Origin: Macrostomum lignano
Taxonomy: Eukaryota
Direction of reading: 5' to 3'
Length of the DNA: 64,000 nt
Assembly: GCA_002269645.1 (NCBI GenBank)
Contig: NIVC01000464.1
Location: 62,001-126,000 of the forward strand
Below the pieces are notes generated by a model. That model saw only the letters and a program-made list of their open reading frames with translations. It was not told the origin of the DNA and did not search any database. Below, piece after piece: positions 49,430 through 61,303 of this stretch (positions are counted from its first letter, which is position 1; every line of letters starts with the position of its first letter). Both the position numbers and the translations under genes were made by a program.

Positions 49430-52320
49430 TCTCTACCTATAAAAATCAAAACTCTGTCTGTCTGTCTGTCTGTGTGTGGACAATTTTGATCGCTATGGAC
49501 TCCCAAACCGCTCAACCAAATTACACCAAACTTTACACCCACCCTAAACTTACTACGGAGAATGTCTTAGGCTACCCTAGACTCAAGTCTTCCTACCTAA
49601 AAGTACAAAAAACTGCTCAAAATGCGCGGTTTTTTCACTTAATCCTCCATAGCGCCGCTCCACTTCTACCGATTCTCTTCAAATTTGACACAGATAATCT
49701 TTAACTATTTTGGCACAATCATGTAAAATTTCGAGTCTCAAAGTTAATCCTGAGCGGTGCTGTGCACTTTTAAAATTAGGCTGTTTTTTCAGCGTTGCAG
49801 CCACCCCAACCTCCGCCCGCATGCCTCTCCCGATCTGGGCAAAGGGTTTAAAAAGGGTTTTAAAATGACTAACTTTCGGCTGCCATAAGTTTGCTCCACG
49901 TAAAGCGATTGACTTCAAATTTAACACAATTCTTCTTTGACTCATTCTCTGTCTAAATGTAAAGTCTCAACTCTGTATCTCAATCAGGACGGAAACTGTA
50001 AGCATGTGAAGTTTGTCTGCTTTTTCTGTTGTTTGCGCTGCTAAATCACTCTCACTCATTCCCCACGCCCAGACGAAGGATCAGGCGATAGGGCTCAATG
50101 TACATAGCGAATGTACAGTGTTTTGGAATAACTTTTTAATAGCCTTCTCTGTACCCCCGCGAGTGGAGAGGCGTGAAGAGGAGACAGTTTAGCGAGAGAT
50201 TCAAACTACTGTCCTCTGTATAGACAAGTCGCAGCAGTTAAACAAGGATGGCAAATCAAGGCGATGTGGGATGGTTTGTTAAATAGCGAAAAATTAATGA
50301 ATAACTGATTACAATGCAATCTAAAATAAATTAGTTACTACTAAATTAGTTACTTACACTATGAAAATTTTAACATTAAGATTCGCATAAAGTACTTTAA
50401 AATTTAAATGGCCTCCTAAGAAATGCGTATTTCCTTGGTTGTTAGACTGCTGCAGACTGTGGTGGTGGAGCTGGAGAATGGAGATACACAAATTCCTCTC
50501 ATGGCTGCTAATTTGCCAGAAAGATTACGTGATTAAAGCATGAGAAATGATAACAACCATGACAGTACTACGTCCCATGATAGTACTTTCGAATCAGGGA
50601 TCGGCAGATTTTTATCTCAAAGGCCAGATAAAGAATCCAGCTCAGGGCTGCGGGCCAGATGAGAGTGAAAAGGAAAAGGAATAGACTATTAGAGAGGGAG
50701 GAGGGGCGAGAGGGGGATAAGAGAAAAGATAGAAGATAACAGGAGAGACGAGGGGGTTGAGGAGAGAGCAGAGAATATGGGACGAAGAAGCGAGAGGAGG
50801 GGAGAGAGAAGGGAGAGGAAATAGTAGAGGTGAGAAGATGGAGAGAGAAGAGGGGAGAGATGAGACAGAGGATCGATCAGAGAGGAGAGTAGAGAAGAGT
50901 GAGAAGAGATGAGATAACAGAGAGGTAGATGAGAGAGGATCGAGAGGAGAGATTCGAAAGGATAGAGAAGAGAGGAGATAAGAGGGGGAGAGAGGGGGAG
51001 AGAGAGGAGTGAGAAGAGGAGATAAGAGATGAGAGAGAGATGAGTGAGAAGATGAGATAAGAGATAAGAGAGAGAGAGAGAGTTGAGAAAGAAGAGAGGA
51101 GAAAGGAGAGATGATAGAGTAAAGGGAAGAGGAGGAGAGAGGAAAGAGATAAGATTGTAGAGATGAGAGAGATGAAAGAAAAGATGATCGAGAGAGTGGA
51201 GATGACAGATGAATGAAGAGAGGGCAGAGTGCAGAGAGACGAGAGAAGAGAATATAGAGGGGAGAGAGTATAGAAGAGGGAAGAGAAGAGAGGAGTCAGA
51301 AGAGGTTAAAGAGAAGAGTACACAGTAGAGAGGAGAGTAGAGATGACAGAAGAGAGAGGGGAATGAGAGAGTGAAGATGAGGGTGAACAGACGATATAAG
51401 AGAGGAGAGAGGAGAGTGAGAGAGAAGAGAGAAGACAAGAGAGGGAGAGAGTATAGAAGAGAGAAGTGAAGAGACGAGAAGAAAGAAGAAAGGATCGAGT
51501 CCTCCTGGGTCAAAAAAGGGGAAAGAGAGGAGTAAAAGGGGAGAGAGGTGAGAGAACATATGAGAGTAAAGATGAAAGATGAGAGAGGGGAGATGAGAGA
51601 TCAGAAACGAGAGTGAACAGACGAGAGATGGGAGAGTAGAGAGAAAAAAGGAGAACTATAAGAAATAAGAGATGAGAGGTGGAGACAAGGGAGAGATGAG
51701 AAGTGAGTGAGGAGAGAGGAGGGGAAGGGAGAGAATCGAGAGGACAGGGGAAATTGGTGAAAAGGACGAGAGAGGAGAGGAAAGAGGGGAGAGATTAGAG
51801 AGAAGAGAGATAGGACAGGAGAGAGCAGAGAGATGAGAGATGAGAGAGAGGGGGAGAGGAGAGAGAGCAGAGAAATGAGAAAAGATAAGAGAGAGAGAAG
51901 ATAAAAGAAGAGAAATGAGAGATAAGAGAGCAAAGACGAGAGAGGAGGTGAGGGAAGAGACGATAGAAGACATGAGAGGAGAGAGTTGAAAGAAGAGAGG
52001 AAAAAGGAGAGAGTAGAGAGATAAGGAAAGTGTTGAGAGAGGGTAGAGTAAGGAGTGAGAAGAGAGGTGAGGGAAGAGAGAGCAGAGAGCAGAGGGAAGA
52101 GAGAGTAGAGAGCAGAGAGAAATGAGAAGAGATAAAAGAGGAGAAAGGAGATATGAGAGACCAGAGACCAGAGAGAAGAGAGGAGAGGAGAGAGAAAAGA
52201 ATAGAGGGGAGAGGGAAGAGACGAGAGAAGAGACAAGAGAGGAGAGAGGACAGAGGATAGAAGAAAGAAAAGATAAGAGGAGAGAGAGAGAAGAGACGAG
52301 ACAGAAGATAGGAAACAGAA
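49430..52320 (+). mobile_element. Helitron-like family B unit H6, fused to the 3' end of H5; own 3' end not found
   Basis: CTCG|TCtctacctataaaaatcaaaactc-(TGTC)n. Colinear with 10676-12368 and followed by a 1.6-kb GA-rich tract (50690-52320). Confidence 0.68.
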
Positions 52321-52654
52321 AAGAAGATGGAAGTTTCAAAGGATGCAAAAGGACATAGGGAGAGGCAGAGGTAGAGGCCAGAGTTTGCCTGACATTCTGC
52401 GCAGCACCCCAGCCAACAATATCAATGTTTGCCTCAAATCGTAATTTTACATGAATGTACACTATTTTATGTTAAACTCTATCCTAACTATTAACAAGTT
52501 TTTATTTGAGTTTGACTTCAGATTTTAGAATACATGCAAAAATAATTCTGGGGAATGGAGTTCCCCGGGTTCAAAATCCGCGGGTTTCAACAGCTTGTAA
52601 ATTATATAATTCAATGCACGCTGCTTGTACGTGTAACTATATGCCGAGTGGGAC

Positions 52655-52662
52655 TATAAATA
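52655..52662 (+). promoter_or_regulatory. TATA box of triple-PAN gene 2
   Basis: TATAAATA 58 nt upstream of the ATG at 52720, essentially the same spacing as in copy 1. Confidence 0.65.
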
Positions 52663-52719
52663 CAGAGCTTGAAAGATTCAAACAGCTTGCAAGATCACCC
52701 AGTTAAAGATAGCCAAAAT

Positions 52720-53538
52720 ATGAACTCATTTTTGAGAAGCGGAGCGTCCGTGCGGTCTGCACTACTACTATTAGTAGTTGCACTGGCAGCTCCACTGGCC
52801 GCTTCGGCCTCTTCCTGCAGGGTCGCTGATGTCGAGTTCAAAGGCGAGGAGTTGCCTTTCGGAAGACTGATGGCTGGCAGTGCTGCGGAGTGCCAGCTCA
52901 AATGCCGGTCAATCAGCCGCTGCAAGTTCTACACTTTTACACCTGACAAAGAGCGGTCGAGTTGGAGTTTGTGCTCGATCAGGTCCGGCGACTACACGGC
53001 TACTTACAAGAAGAATTCGATCTCGGGACTACCGAATTGTCCTGGCACCTGCATTGAGGCTGGCGTGGACTACTACGGCTCTGACCTGCCGGACGGTCTC
53101 GTGAAGGACGTGCCCAGTTCTGACGTCTGCCAGAAGCTGTGCCAGCAGCGGATCGACTGCGAATTCTTTGCTTACGCCACACAAAGCGACTCGAACTGCC
53201 GGCGCTGCTACCGCAACTGCTGGCTGAAGTCTGGCGGCTACAGCCGCACTGAGAACAGAAACCGGATCTCTGGACCAGCCCGCTGCAAGGACTGCGTTGA
53301 GACTGGCGTGGACTACTACGGCTCTGACTTGCCCGACGGTCTCGTGAAGGACATCGCCAGCGCCAAGGACTGCCAGTCGCTGTGCGCCAATCGCAAGGAC
53401 TGCCAGTTCTTCACCTGGGCTCCCGACAATGACAAGGGGTGCCAAACCTGCAGGGGCAACTGCTGGCTGAAGTCTGGCAACTACCGACGGGTCGTCAATT
53501 CCAACAGAGTCTCCGGGCCCGCCGTTTGCAACTTTTGA
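52720..53538 (+). CDS. Secreted triple PAN/apple-domain protein, copy 2 (272 aa, intronless)
   Basis: Signal peptide MNSFLRSGASVRSALLLLVVALAAPLAASA. The mature part is identical to copy 1 except for one I>V change. Confidence 0.9.
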   Translation: MNSFLRSGASVRSALLLLVVALAAPLAASASSCRVADVEFKGEELPFGRLMAGSAAECQLKCRSISRCKFYTFTPDKERSSWSLCSIRSGDYTATYKKNSISGLPNCPGTCIEAGVDYYGSDLPDGLVKDVPSSDVCQKLCQQRIDCEFFAYATQSDSNCRRCYRNCWLKSGGYSRTENRNRISGPARCKDCVETGVDYYGSDLPDGLVKDIASAKDCQSLCANRKDCQFFTWAPDNDKGCQTCRGNCWLKSGNYRRVVNSNRVSGPAVCNF

Positions 53539-53834
53539 CCTTCTGACCTTTTGATCTTTTGACCTGAGACGCGGACATTGTCTGCGAGTTTTACCAAGCC
53601 GCTCAATAGGCCTTTACCTGTTTTAACCAAGTCAAATATTTAGTCAGCCTTTAAATACAACCGCTGTTTTAAAAAATACTTTGATTTATCAAGTATACAC
53701 TCGACTTGGCTGTGTCGAAATTTGCTACAATTTAACTGCCAAATGTCCTCAGTGTTTATTTTCTTCTAGGCAAAATCCAGTTGTCTTGACTTCCTAGCCC
53801 TGTGTGATTGTCAACTCTTAATGAACACAAAATT

Positions 53835-55060
53835 GCGCAGCAATCTGTAATCTGCTTGCTATCTGGGGGATGCTTGCTATTTGGGGGAATGCTTGCTATC
53901 TGGGGGATGCTTGCTATTTGGGGAATGCTTGCTATCTGGGGATGCTTGCTATCTGGGGGATGCTTGCTATCTGGGGGATGCTTGCTATCTGGGGGATGCT
54001 TGCTATCTGGGGGATGCTTGCTATCTGGGGGATGCTTGCTATCTGGGGGATGCTTGCTATCTGGGGGATGCTTGCTATTTGGGGGAATGCTTGCTATCTG
54101 GGGGATGCTTGCTATCTGGGGGATGCTATCTCGGAGATGCTTGCTATCTGGGGGATGCTTGCTATTTGGGGGAATGCTTGCTATCTGGGGGATGCTTGCT
54201 ATCTGGGGGATGCTTGCTATCTGGGGGATGCTTGCTATCTGGGGGATGCTTGCTATCTGGGGGATGCTTGCTATCTGGGGATGCTTGCTATCTGGGGGAT
54301 GCTTGCTATTTGGGGGAATGCTTGCTATCTGGGGATGCTTGCTATTTGGGGAATGCTTGCTATCTGGGGGATGCCTGCTATTTGGGGGAATGCTTGCTAT
54401 CTGGGGGATGCTTGCTATCTGGGGGATGCTTGCTATCTGGGGGATGCTTGCTATCTGGGGGATGCTTGCTATCTGGGGGATGCTTGCTATCTGGGGGATG
54501 CTTGCTATCTGGGGGATGCTTGCTATCTGGGGGATGCTATCTCGGAGATGCTTGCTATCTGGGGGATGCTTGCTATCTGGGGGATGCTTGCTATCTGGGG
54601 GATGCTTGCTATCTGGGGGGATGCTTGCTATCTGGGGGATGCTATCTCGGAGATGCTTGCTATCTGGGGGATGCTTGCTATCTGGGTGATGCTTGCTATC
54701 TGGGGGATGCTTGCTATCTGGGGGATGCTTGCTATCTGGGGATGCTTGCTATCTGGGGGATGCTTGCTATCTGGGGGATGCTATCTCGGAGATGCTTGCT
54801 ATCTGGGGAATGCTTGCTATCTGGGGATGCTTGCTATCTGGGGGATGCTTGCTATCTGGGGGATGCTTGCTATCTGGGGGATGCTATCTCGGAGATGCTT
54901 GCTATCTGGGGGATGCTTGCTATCTGGGGGATGCTTGCTATCTGGGGGATGCTTGCTATCTGGGGGATGCTTGCTATCTGGGGGATGCTTGCTATCTGGG
55001 GGATGCTTGCTATCTGGGGGATGCTTGCTATCTGGGGGATACTTGCTATCTGGGGATGCA
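53835..55060. repeat. 18-bp minisatellite (gggggatgcttgctatct)n
   Basis: About 1.2 kb tandem array; reverse complement of 4612-5130. Confidence 0.97.
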
Positions 55061-55406
55061 GCTTGCTAACCCCTAGGCCTTAGGCTTTAAACCTTAAACC
55101 TTTCTGCAGCCCATGATATTTATCTCTAAGCAACGGTTTTAAATTTTAGTTTGACTATAATAACTCTCAATGTGCGTTTCTATTTGTGCAATTCCTATTG
55201 GCTGGCTCTCACTACTCAGCTTCTACCTCTATAGGGCAAAGTGCGACTGCATGAGAAAGGGAAACCTATAGGGGATTGAGATCAGCTCGCTGAGACTTTA
55301 TAAATCCCAATACTTTTTGTCAAGTCAGCTCCTAGCTTAAACACTTAGCTTAAACTTCTTGATAAATAAATACTTATTTCCATTGAGTATCTTATTAAAA
55401 CAACTG

Positions 55407-58400
55407 ATGCCAATAAAGTTTGGCTCGGAGAGGTCAGATTTGGAGGGCCGGTCAAAGTCTGAGCTGTCCTTGGTCCAACAGCGACAGCAGCAGCAGCAAA
55501 GAGCGACTCGGACAGCTGTTGGCAGCCGGGATTCTCTGCAGTTTCTTCGCCATGCTGATGAAGAATCTACGGATTCTGGATGGAGCTTGCAGTTGTGGCG
55601 CAGACGGTATTTGGTAAGACTGAAAGGTCGGGGGTTCGATTCTCGACTCCACTCGGACATTATTTGTGTCCTTGAGCAACAGACTTAACTCTGCATTGCT
55701 TCAGTTCACCCAGCTGTAAAATGGGTGCCAGCATTGGCTGGGTTATTGAGGGTATGTGTGGGGACCCCCAGCCGTACGCAGCCTTCAGATGCGCCGAGCA
55801 ACAGCCCGGAGTCCATGCATCAACACGAGTGGACGGCTGCACCAGAATCCTAGATTTATCTTGTAACCGTAGCTTCTTCAGTGTTTATTGAGTATTATCA
55901 ACTCAGATTTGGAATGGAAGTGATAAAAATCGGTTCCAAGGATAGAATATTCACACCGGATTCTGATCTGAGGTCTCCATGGCTCTATTGACACCTAGTC
56001 TCTCTGAAAAGATTAAAACTAAACAATGGAATTCCGCTGGAAGAACGGATGGAGCCGGTATTTAATCAGCGATGAGAACAATAGATTGAGACTGCTTTTC
56101 ATTTTTTCACGGTAGTCATAGCAAAACCAGACTGTGCTTTTGTAGTCAGCACACTGCAGCTAGCTGGATTTGCTATGAATTTCATTTTAAAGCCTTTTAA
56201 AGCTCGCTTTATTGTTCGCGTTTTTGTGCTCAACAATACTGGATTTTTTCTAGTTGGCAGCTAGAGAATACATGCAGGTTAGATGCAGATTCATTCTCTC
56301 TGCTCAGGATTCATGGCGTTCTTAGGATCATTTCAATAAAAGTACATTTCGTGCTGCAACGAATGCCGCTCCGATTGGATGTGGCTTGTCTGTTTGTGTC
56401 TGACGCATTTGTCTGTTTGTGTCTGAGGCATTTGTCTGTTTGTGTCTGAGGCATTCGTGTGTTTGTGTCTGACGCATTTGTGTGTTTGTGTCTGACGCAT
56501 TTGTCTGTTTCTGTCTGAGGCATTCGTGTGTTTGTGTCTGACGCATTTGCCTGTTTGTGTCTGACGCATTTGTCTGTGTCTGACGCATTTGTCTGTTTGT
56601 GTCTGAGGCATTTGTCCGTTTGTGTCTGAGGCATTTGTCTGTTTGTGTCTGAGGCATTTGTCTGTTTGTGTCTGAGGCATTTGTCCATTTGTGTCTGAGG
56701 CATTTGTCCGTTTGTGTCTGACGCATTTGTCTGTTTGTGTCTGAGGCATTTGTCTGTTTGTGTCTGAGGCATTTGTCTGTTTGTGTCTGAGGCATTTGTC
56801 TGTTTGTTTCTGAGGCATTCGTGTGTTTGTGTCTGAGGCATTTGTCTGTTTGTGTCTGAAGGATTTGTCTGTTTGTGTCTGAAGGATTCGTCTGGGTGTC
56901 TGTACATATTTGCATGCCCCATCCAGAGCAATCAATTATTTTCAAGCCATAGGCCTCACTATACTGTATGAATGGCTGTCAAAGCTAACTGCGTATAATA
57001 GTGATGGCCGCAGTATATACCGCCGTATGTTTGCAAAATAATAAGGAAGTAGAGGAAATCAGCTTCCTCTTTTGTTGCTTCAGCAATTGTGCGGTCTGCT
57101 AGTCTAGTTGGTGCCTCAATTTTCCCTATACAATCAGCGATTCACAGGAGGCAGAGCGAGTCAGAATAGCCGCGAGTCCCAGTGATCAGCCCATGAGCAC
57201 TTTCTCATTGCGACAGGCTGCTTGAGAACCGGGGCATGCAGTGCAGCTGGTGGCAATCTGCAGCTCTCTCGCCTTGTTCCTTGTTTTGGGGAAGCTTAAG
57301 GCACAGCGAACTGCTTTAATTTTCTGTCACTAAAGTACATGTATAGTGCGAGACTTACAAAACCAGTATGGCGTTACATTTCGCTTTGTATACTACTGGA
57401 TCGTTTGTACAATTGCTCAAGGGTTTCATGGCTATGACTATAGTTATCTTTTTTCCTTCCAACCGTCTCCATCTAATTGCAGGCGCTGAAACGGTTTCAG
57501 GGCATGGTCAGGTCTGTTGTGATGGCCATTCGATGGATGAAGTCGGTGATCAATCAGTGAGTTGCTGAGATGGAGGAAATTTCAAGTTCCAGACTCCTCA
57601 TCCCTCCCAGATCCTCATTTGCTGAACCAGCCTCTCAGATCCTCAGTTGCTGGGACAGCCTCCCAGATCCTCAGTTGCTGGGCCAGCCTCCCAGCTCATT
57701 AGTTGCTGGGCCAGCCTCCCAGAGTGTCAGTTGCTGGGCCAGCCTCCCAGATCATCAGTGCTGGGCCAGCCTCCCAGGTCCTCAGTTGCTGGGACAGCCT
57801 CCCAGATTCTCAGTTGCTGGGCCAGCATCCAAGATCCTCAGTTGCTGGGTTGCCAGCCTCCCAGATCCTCAGTTGCTGGGCTGCCAGCCTCCCAGAGTGT
57901 CAGTTGCTGGGCCAGTCTCCCAGAGTGTCAGTTGCTGGGCCAGCCTCCCAGATCCTCAGTTCATGGGCCAGCCTTCCAGATCCTCAAGTTGCTGGGTCAG
58001 TCTCCCAGATCCTCAAGTTGCTGGGTCAGTCTCCCAGATCCTCAAGTTGCTGGGCCGGCCTCCCAGATCATCAGCTGGTGGGCCAGCCTCCCAAATCCTC
58101 AGTTGCTGGGCCAGCCTCCCAGATCCTCAATTCATGGGCCAGCCTCCCAGATCCTCAAGTTGCTGGGTCAGTCTCCCAGATCCTCAGTTGCTGGGCCAGC
58201 CTCCCAGATCCTCAGTTGCTGGGCCAGCCTCCCAGATCCTCAGTTCATGGACCAGCCTCCAAGATCCTCAGATGAGGCTAGGCCACTGCCTCTCTCCCAG
58301 CTGTTCAGGCAAGATTAGACCCAAAAAACCCATTCAACTCGCGTTGCTATGGCTTGCAGTCCTTGCATTTCACTGCGCCGCAGATACGACCAATCGAACA

Positions 58401-61303
58401 ACCGGTTAGCTCGAGCTCTGATGCCAATCGAAGTGGACGCCTCGAATGCCGCCAATTTGGTCTTCAATATGTCTCACTTTCGGGCTAGCAAAGAGGTATA
58501 ATTCTTTTAGATTCTCTTTTTACTACTGAGAGTAGTGCAGTTAAAGTGTTGAACTCCAATTTTGTTACAATTTCTATAGTGTTGTGGCTTTTCAAAGCTT
58601 AGTAACGAATCGATTTAAATATATGTTCGTTGGAGCCATAATTTCGGAAAATATGAAAAATGTACTTTTTTAGTCTGAAAATGACTTGACTTGGAGATGT
58701 CAGAAGCAAGTTTAAGCAGCAGTTCAATGAGTCAGTAATGCTTGCTATTCATATAGAGACCTCTCCTAGATAGAAGCAAGATGCGCAGCAGAAATTTTAG
58801 CATGGCTGCAATTTGCAACTCGCAAAACGGAAGTTCACCGCACAGCGCAGCACACACAACAGCAAGAAGGGAAGATGGCGCTATTGTAAAAGCAACTTGA
58901 AGCAGGGGCAGCACAGAGGATGCGGTCCCATAGAGACGAGCGCGGCTGCCAACTTAAAAATCAGAATTTCTGTCTGCCACTCCGCAGACAGAGCTCAACG
59001 CTGAGTTGAAGCAGATTCTGCAGCTACAGCCACAGCAGCGCAGCACTGAGCAGGTTCGCATACTCACCAGGGGTCTGCAACGGCTGCCGACATTCAACGA
59101 GTATCCAGTTCGAGTGCAGGAGAAACTGGCCAAAGTGGCCAGATACCACACTGTGCCAGCTGGGCGAGTCATCATCCGACAGGGCCACGCCGGCGTCAAC
59201 TTCTACGTGATCATCAGCGGTCGTGCCCTGGTGCACGTGATGCAACAGCAGAGGGATACCATTGTGGCCAGGCTGGGCCAGGGCCAAGCCTTCGGAGAGG
59301 TGGCCCTGATGCAGGAGGTGACGAGAAACGCTAGCATAGTCAGCCAGGAGCCGATGCAACTGTTAGCTATCGGTCGAGACGAGTTTCAGGTAATTCCTTT
59401 GTTTAGCTGTCTTCCTTTGAATTCTTCGTCAGCTGAACCGTCTTTACACTTCAAGCCAATCGAAAACTTGACATGCAGGGATAAAAAACGACTAGAAGTA
59501 GTGCACCAAAAACAGCACACCAAAAATATGCCTGCCATACTACTATATGTCTAGATCGCAAGGCTGAAATACTCGATATTTTACTTATTAGCAATCCTTG
59601 CCGCTGAAGACGGAAGGTCAAATAAAACAAATCCGACATATTTTTGTGTGGCAGGAAATTTTCACCAATCCCGAACCGGAGAAGAAAAACCAGAGCGCTG
59701 ACGCAGGCATTCCGGACCACCTGCGCTATTTGCTTAGCTGCTCATTTATGCGCCACTTTCCGGTTGAGCCGCTGCTGTCGAGTCCAACCGCCTGCAGAGC
59801 CGGCTGCTACCGGCGCAATGCGGTTGTGGTTGCTGACAGCAAAGCTTGCCCTGACCTGGTGGTGATTCGCTCCGGATTTTGCAGGGTGATGAAGCGGCTG
59901 ATGGTCAACCGGAACGACAGTCCGAGGCAGCCAGACGACGCGACTTCGATGTCGAGCGGTGCTAGCGGCAGAAGCGGCGGCAGCAGCAGTTCGAGAGCAT
60001 CGAAGGCGAAGGTGCTGGCGGAGACTCGACTGCCAGTGCTGCAGCCTAGTAGTGGGCCAAGCTGTAAGTAGCGGGCTGCAGACAGTCTTTAGATACAGCT
60101 ATTGCGGCCATAGACTATATTAGTTTGTAGATGCAGATGCAGGCCATAGACTCTAATATTAGTTTGTTGATTCAGTGCGGCCATAGACTATATTAGTTCG
60201 TAGATGCAGATGCAGGCCATAAACTATACTAGTTCATCGATGCAGATGGGCCATAGACTATATTAGTTTGAAGATGCAAATGCAGGCCATAGACTGTATT
60301 AGTTTGTAGATGCAGTGCGGCCATAGACTATATTAGTTTGAAGAAGCAGATCGGCCATAGACTATATTAGTTTGAAGAAGCAGATCGGCCATAGACTATT
60401 AGCATGTGAATAAACAACTAATATTCCTCTCCAGATGCCAAAATCGACACTGGCCGAGCCAAGCCAAAGAGTCACCAATTTAACGTTGAGAGTACCAAGA
60501 AAGGCTTCGGTTTTGAAAATATCTCCGGAGAAGGAAGCTTGGAATTCTCGTCGCTGCGGCTGTCACTTCCGCAATTGAAGCCTCAACAGCAACAGCGGCC
60601 GCCGCCGCCGCTACCCCCGTGGCTGCAAAAACAGCGCCCCCCAGTGCCAAGACTTATCGTCACCACCGACGACGGTCGAATGGATTTCAGCGTCGACGCC
60701 AGCAATGTTGAAGAGGTGTCCGCCGCGGTGGCCGCCTCCGCGCCCGATGCTGCGCTCACCGATCAAGACGAAGATAAGAAATGCGTTGCCGTGGAGATTT
60801 GCATCTTGAAACCCGGAGACGTGTTTGTGAGTAACCATAGTAACAACTGTCATTTTATTGATGCAAGAGCCTATACAGACAAGTCCAACTTCAATTTCAG
60901 GGCCTTTCGGACATCATGTTCAAGGATGAGAAAATTCACGAGGTTGAGGACAGCGCAAGTGTGTCATTGGTAAGGCGGAGTAGTCAGAATGGCGAGTTCA
61001 GACTATAAGATTTACTGCTCAATACTCAAGGCACCGCAATCAAACCACAATCCGCAGGTAAGCAACGGAGCAGAGTGCGTGCTGCTCTCCAAAGCATTCT
61101 TTATCCAGCACGCCCCAGAAAGAGTCCAACGTCGAGTTCGGGCCGCTGTGCAGCCGTACCCAAACGAACAGGTGTTCGAGCAGAACTACTACACCCAGGT
61201 GGCTTGGAATCGCTACAGACGGACCGTGTTCAAACTGGCGCTAAACCGGGCGCTTGCGGCTGGCGCCAATAGAAAAGCGGCGGCGCGAAGTAGCGTGAAG
61301 TGA
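55407..61303 (+). CDS. Cyclic-nucleotide-binding-domain protein (CNBD1/CNBD2-like), 8 exons
   Basis: Phase-consistent exons 55407-55613, 57483-57556, 58384-58495, 58988-59389, 59655-60063, 60435-60826, 60901-60969, 61058-61303. cNMP fold motifs RVIIRQGHAGVNFYVIISG, LGQGQAFGEVALM...RNASIVS and a second, interrupted domain (LVVIRSGFCRV ... ICILKPGDVFGL ... SLVSNGAECVLLSK). Exon 1 is less certain; 57339-57365 is an alternative short first exon. Confidence 0.85.
55616..55800 (+). mobile_element. tRNA-derived CORE-like SINE, copy 2 (5'-truncated)
   Basis: aagactgaaaggtcgggggttcgattc B box, then tgtgtccttgagcaacagacttaactctgcattgcttcagttcacccagctgtaaaatggg (55665-55725). Confidence 0.8.
56385..56895. 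repeat. 23-bp intronic minisatellite (tctgaggcatttgtctgtttgtg)n
   Basis: Tandem copies in CNBD intron 1. Confidence 0.95.
57600..58270. repeat. 28-bp intronic minisatellite, same family as 19177-19892
   Basis: cctcccagatcctcagttgctgggccag units, more diverged than the catenin array. Confidence 0.92.
60105..60400. repeat. ~31-38-bp intronic minisatellite (ggccatagactatattagtttg...)n
   Basis: Tandem copies in CNBD intron 5. Confidence 0.88.

Noticed and set aside
40483-52460. Autonomous Helitron or protein-coding genes in the array (Leu/Ser-rich ORFs of up to 400 aa)
   Set aside because: No HUH Rep or PIF1 helicase motifs were seen. The long ORFs are the CT-rich strand of the GA tracts.
53808-55083. 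293-400-aa ORFs (GDACYL / GMLAIW repeats)
   Set aside because: 18-bp minisatellite open in all frames.
55337-55679. Minus-strand Cys-rich ORFs
   Set aside because: Antisense of a plus-strand exon with a good donor that is in phase with the CNBD gene; they begin inside a SINE.
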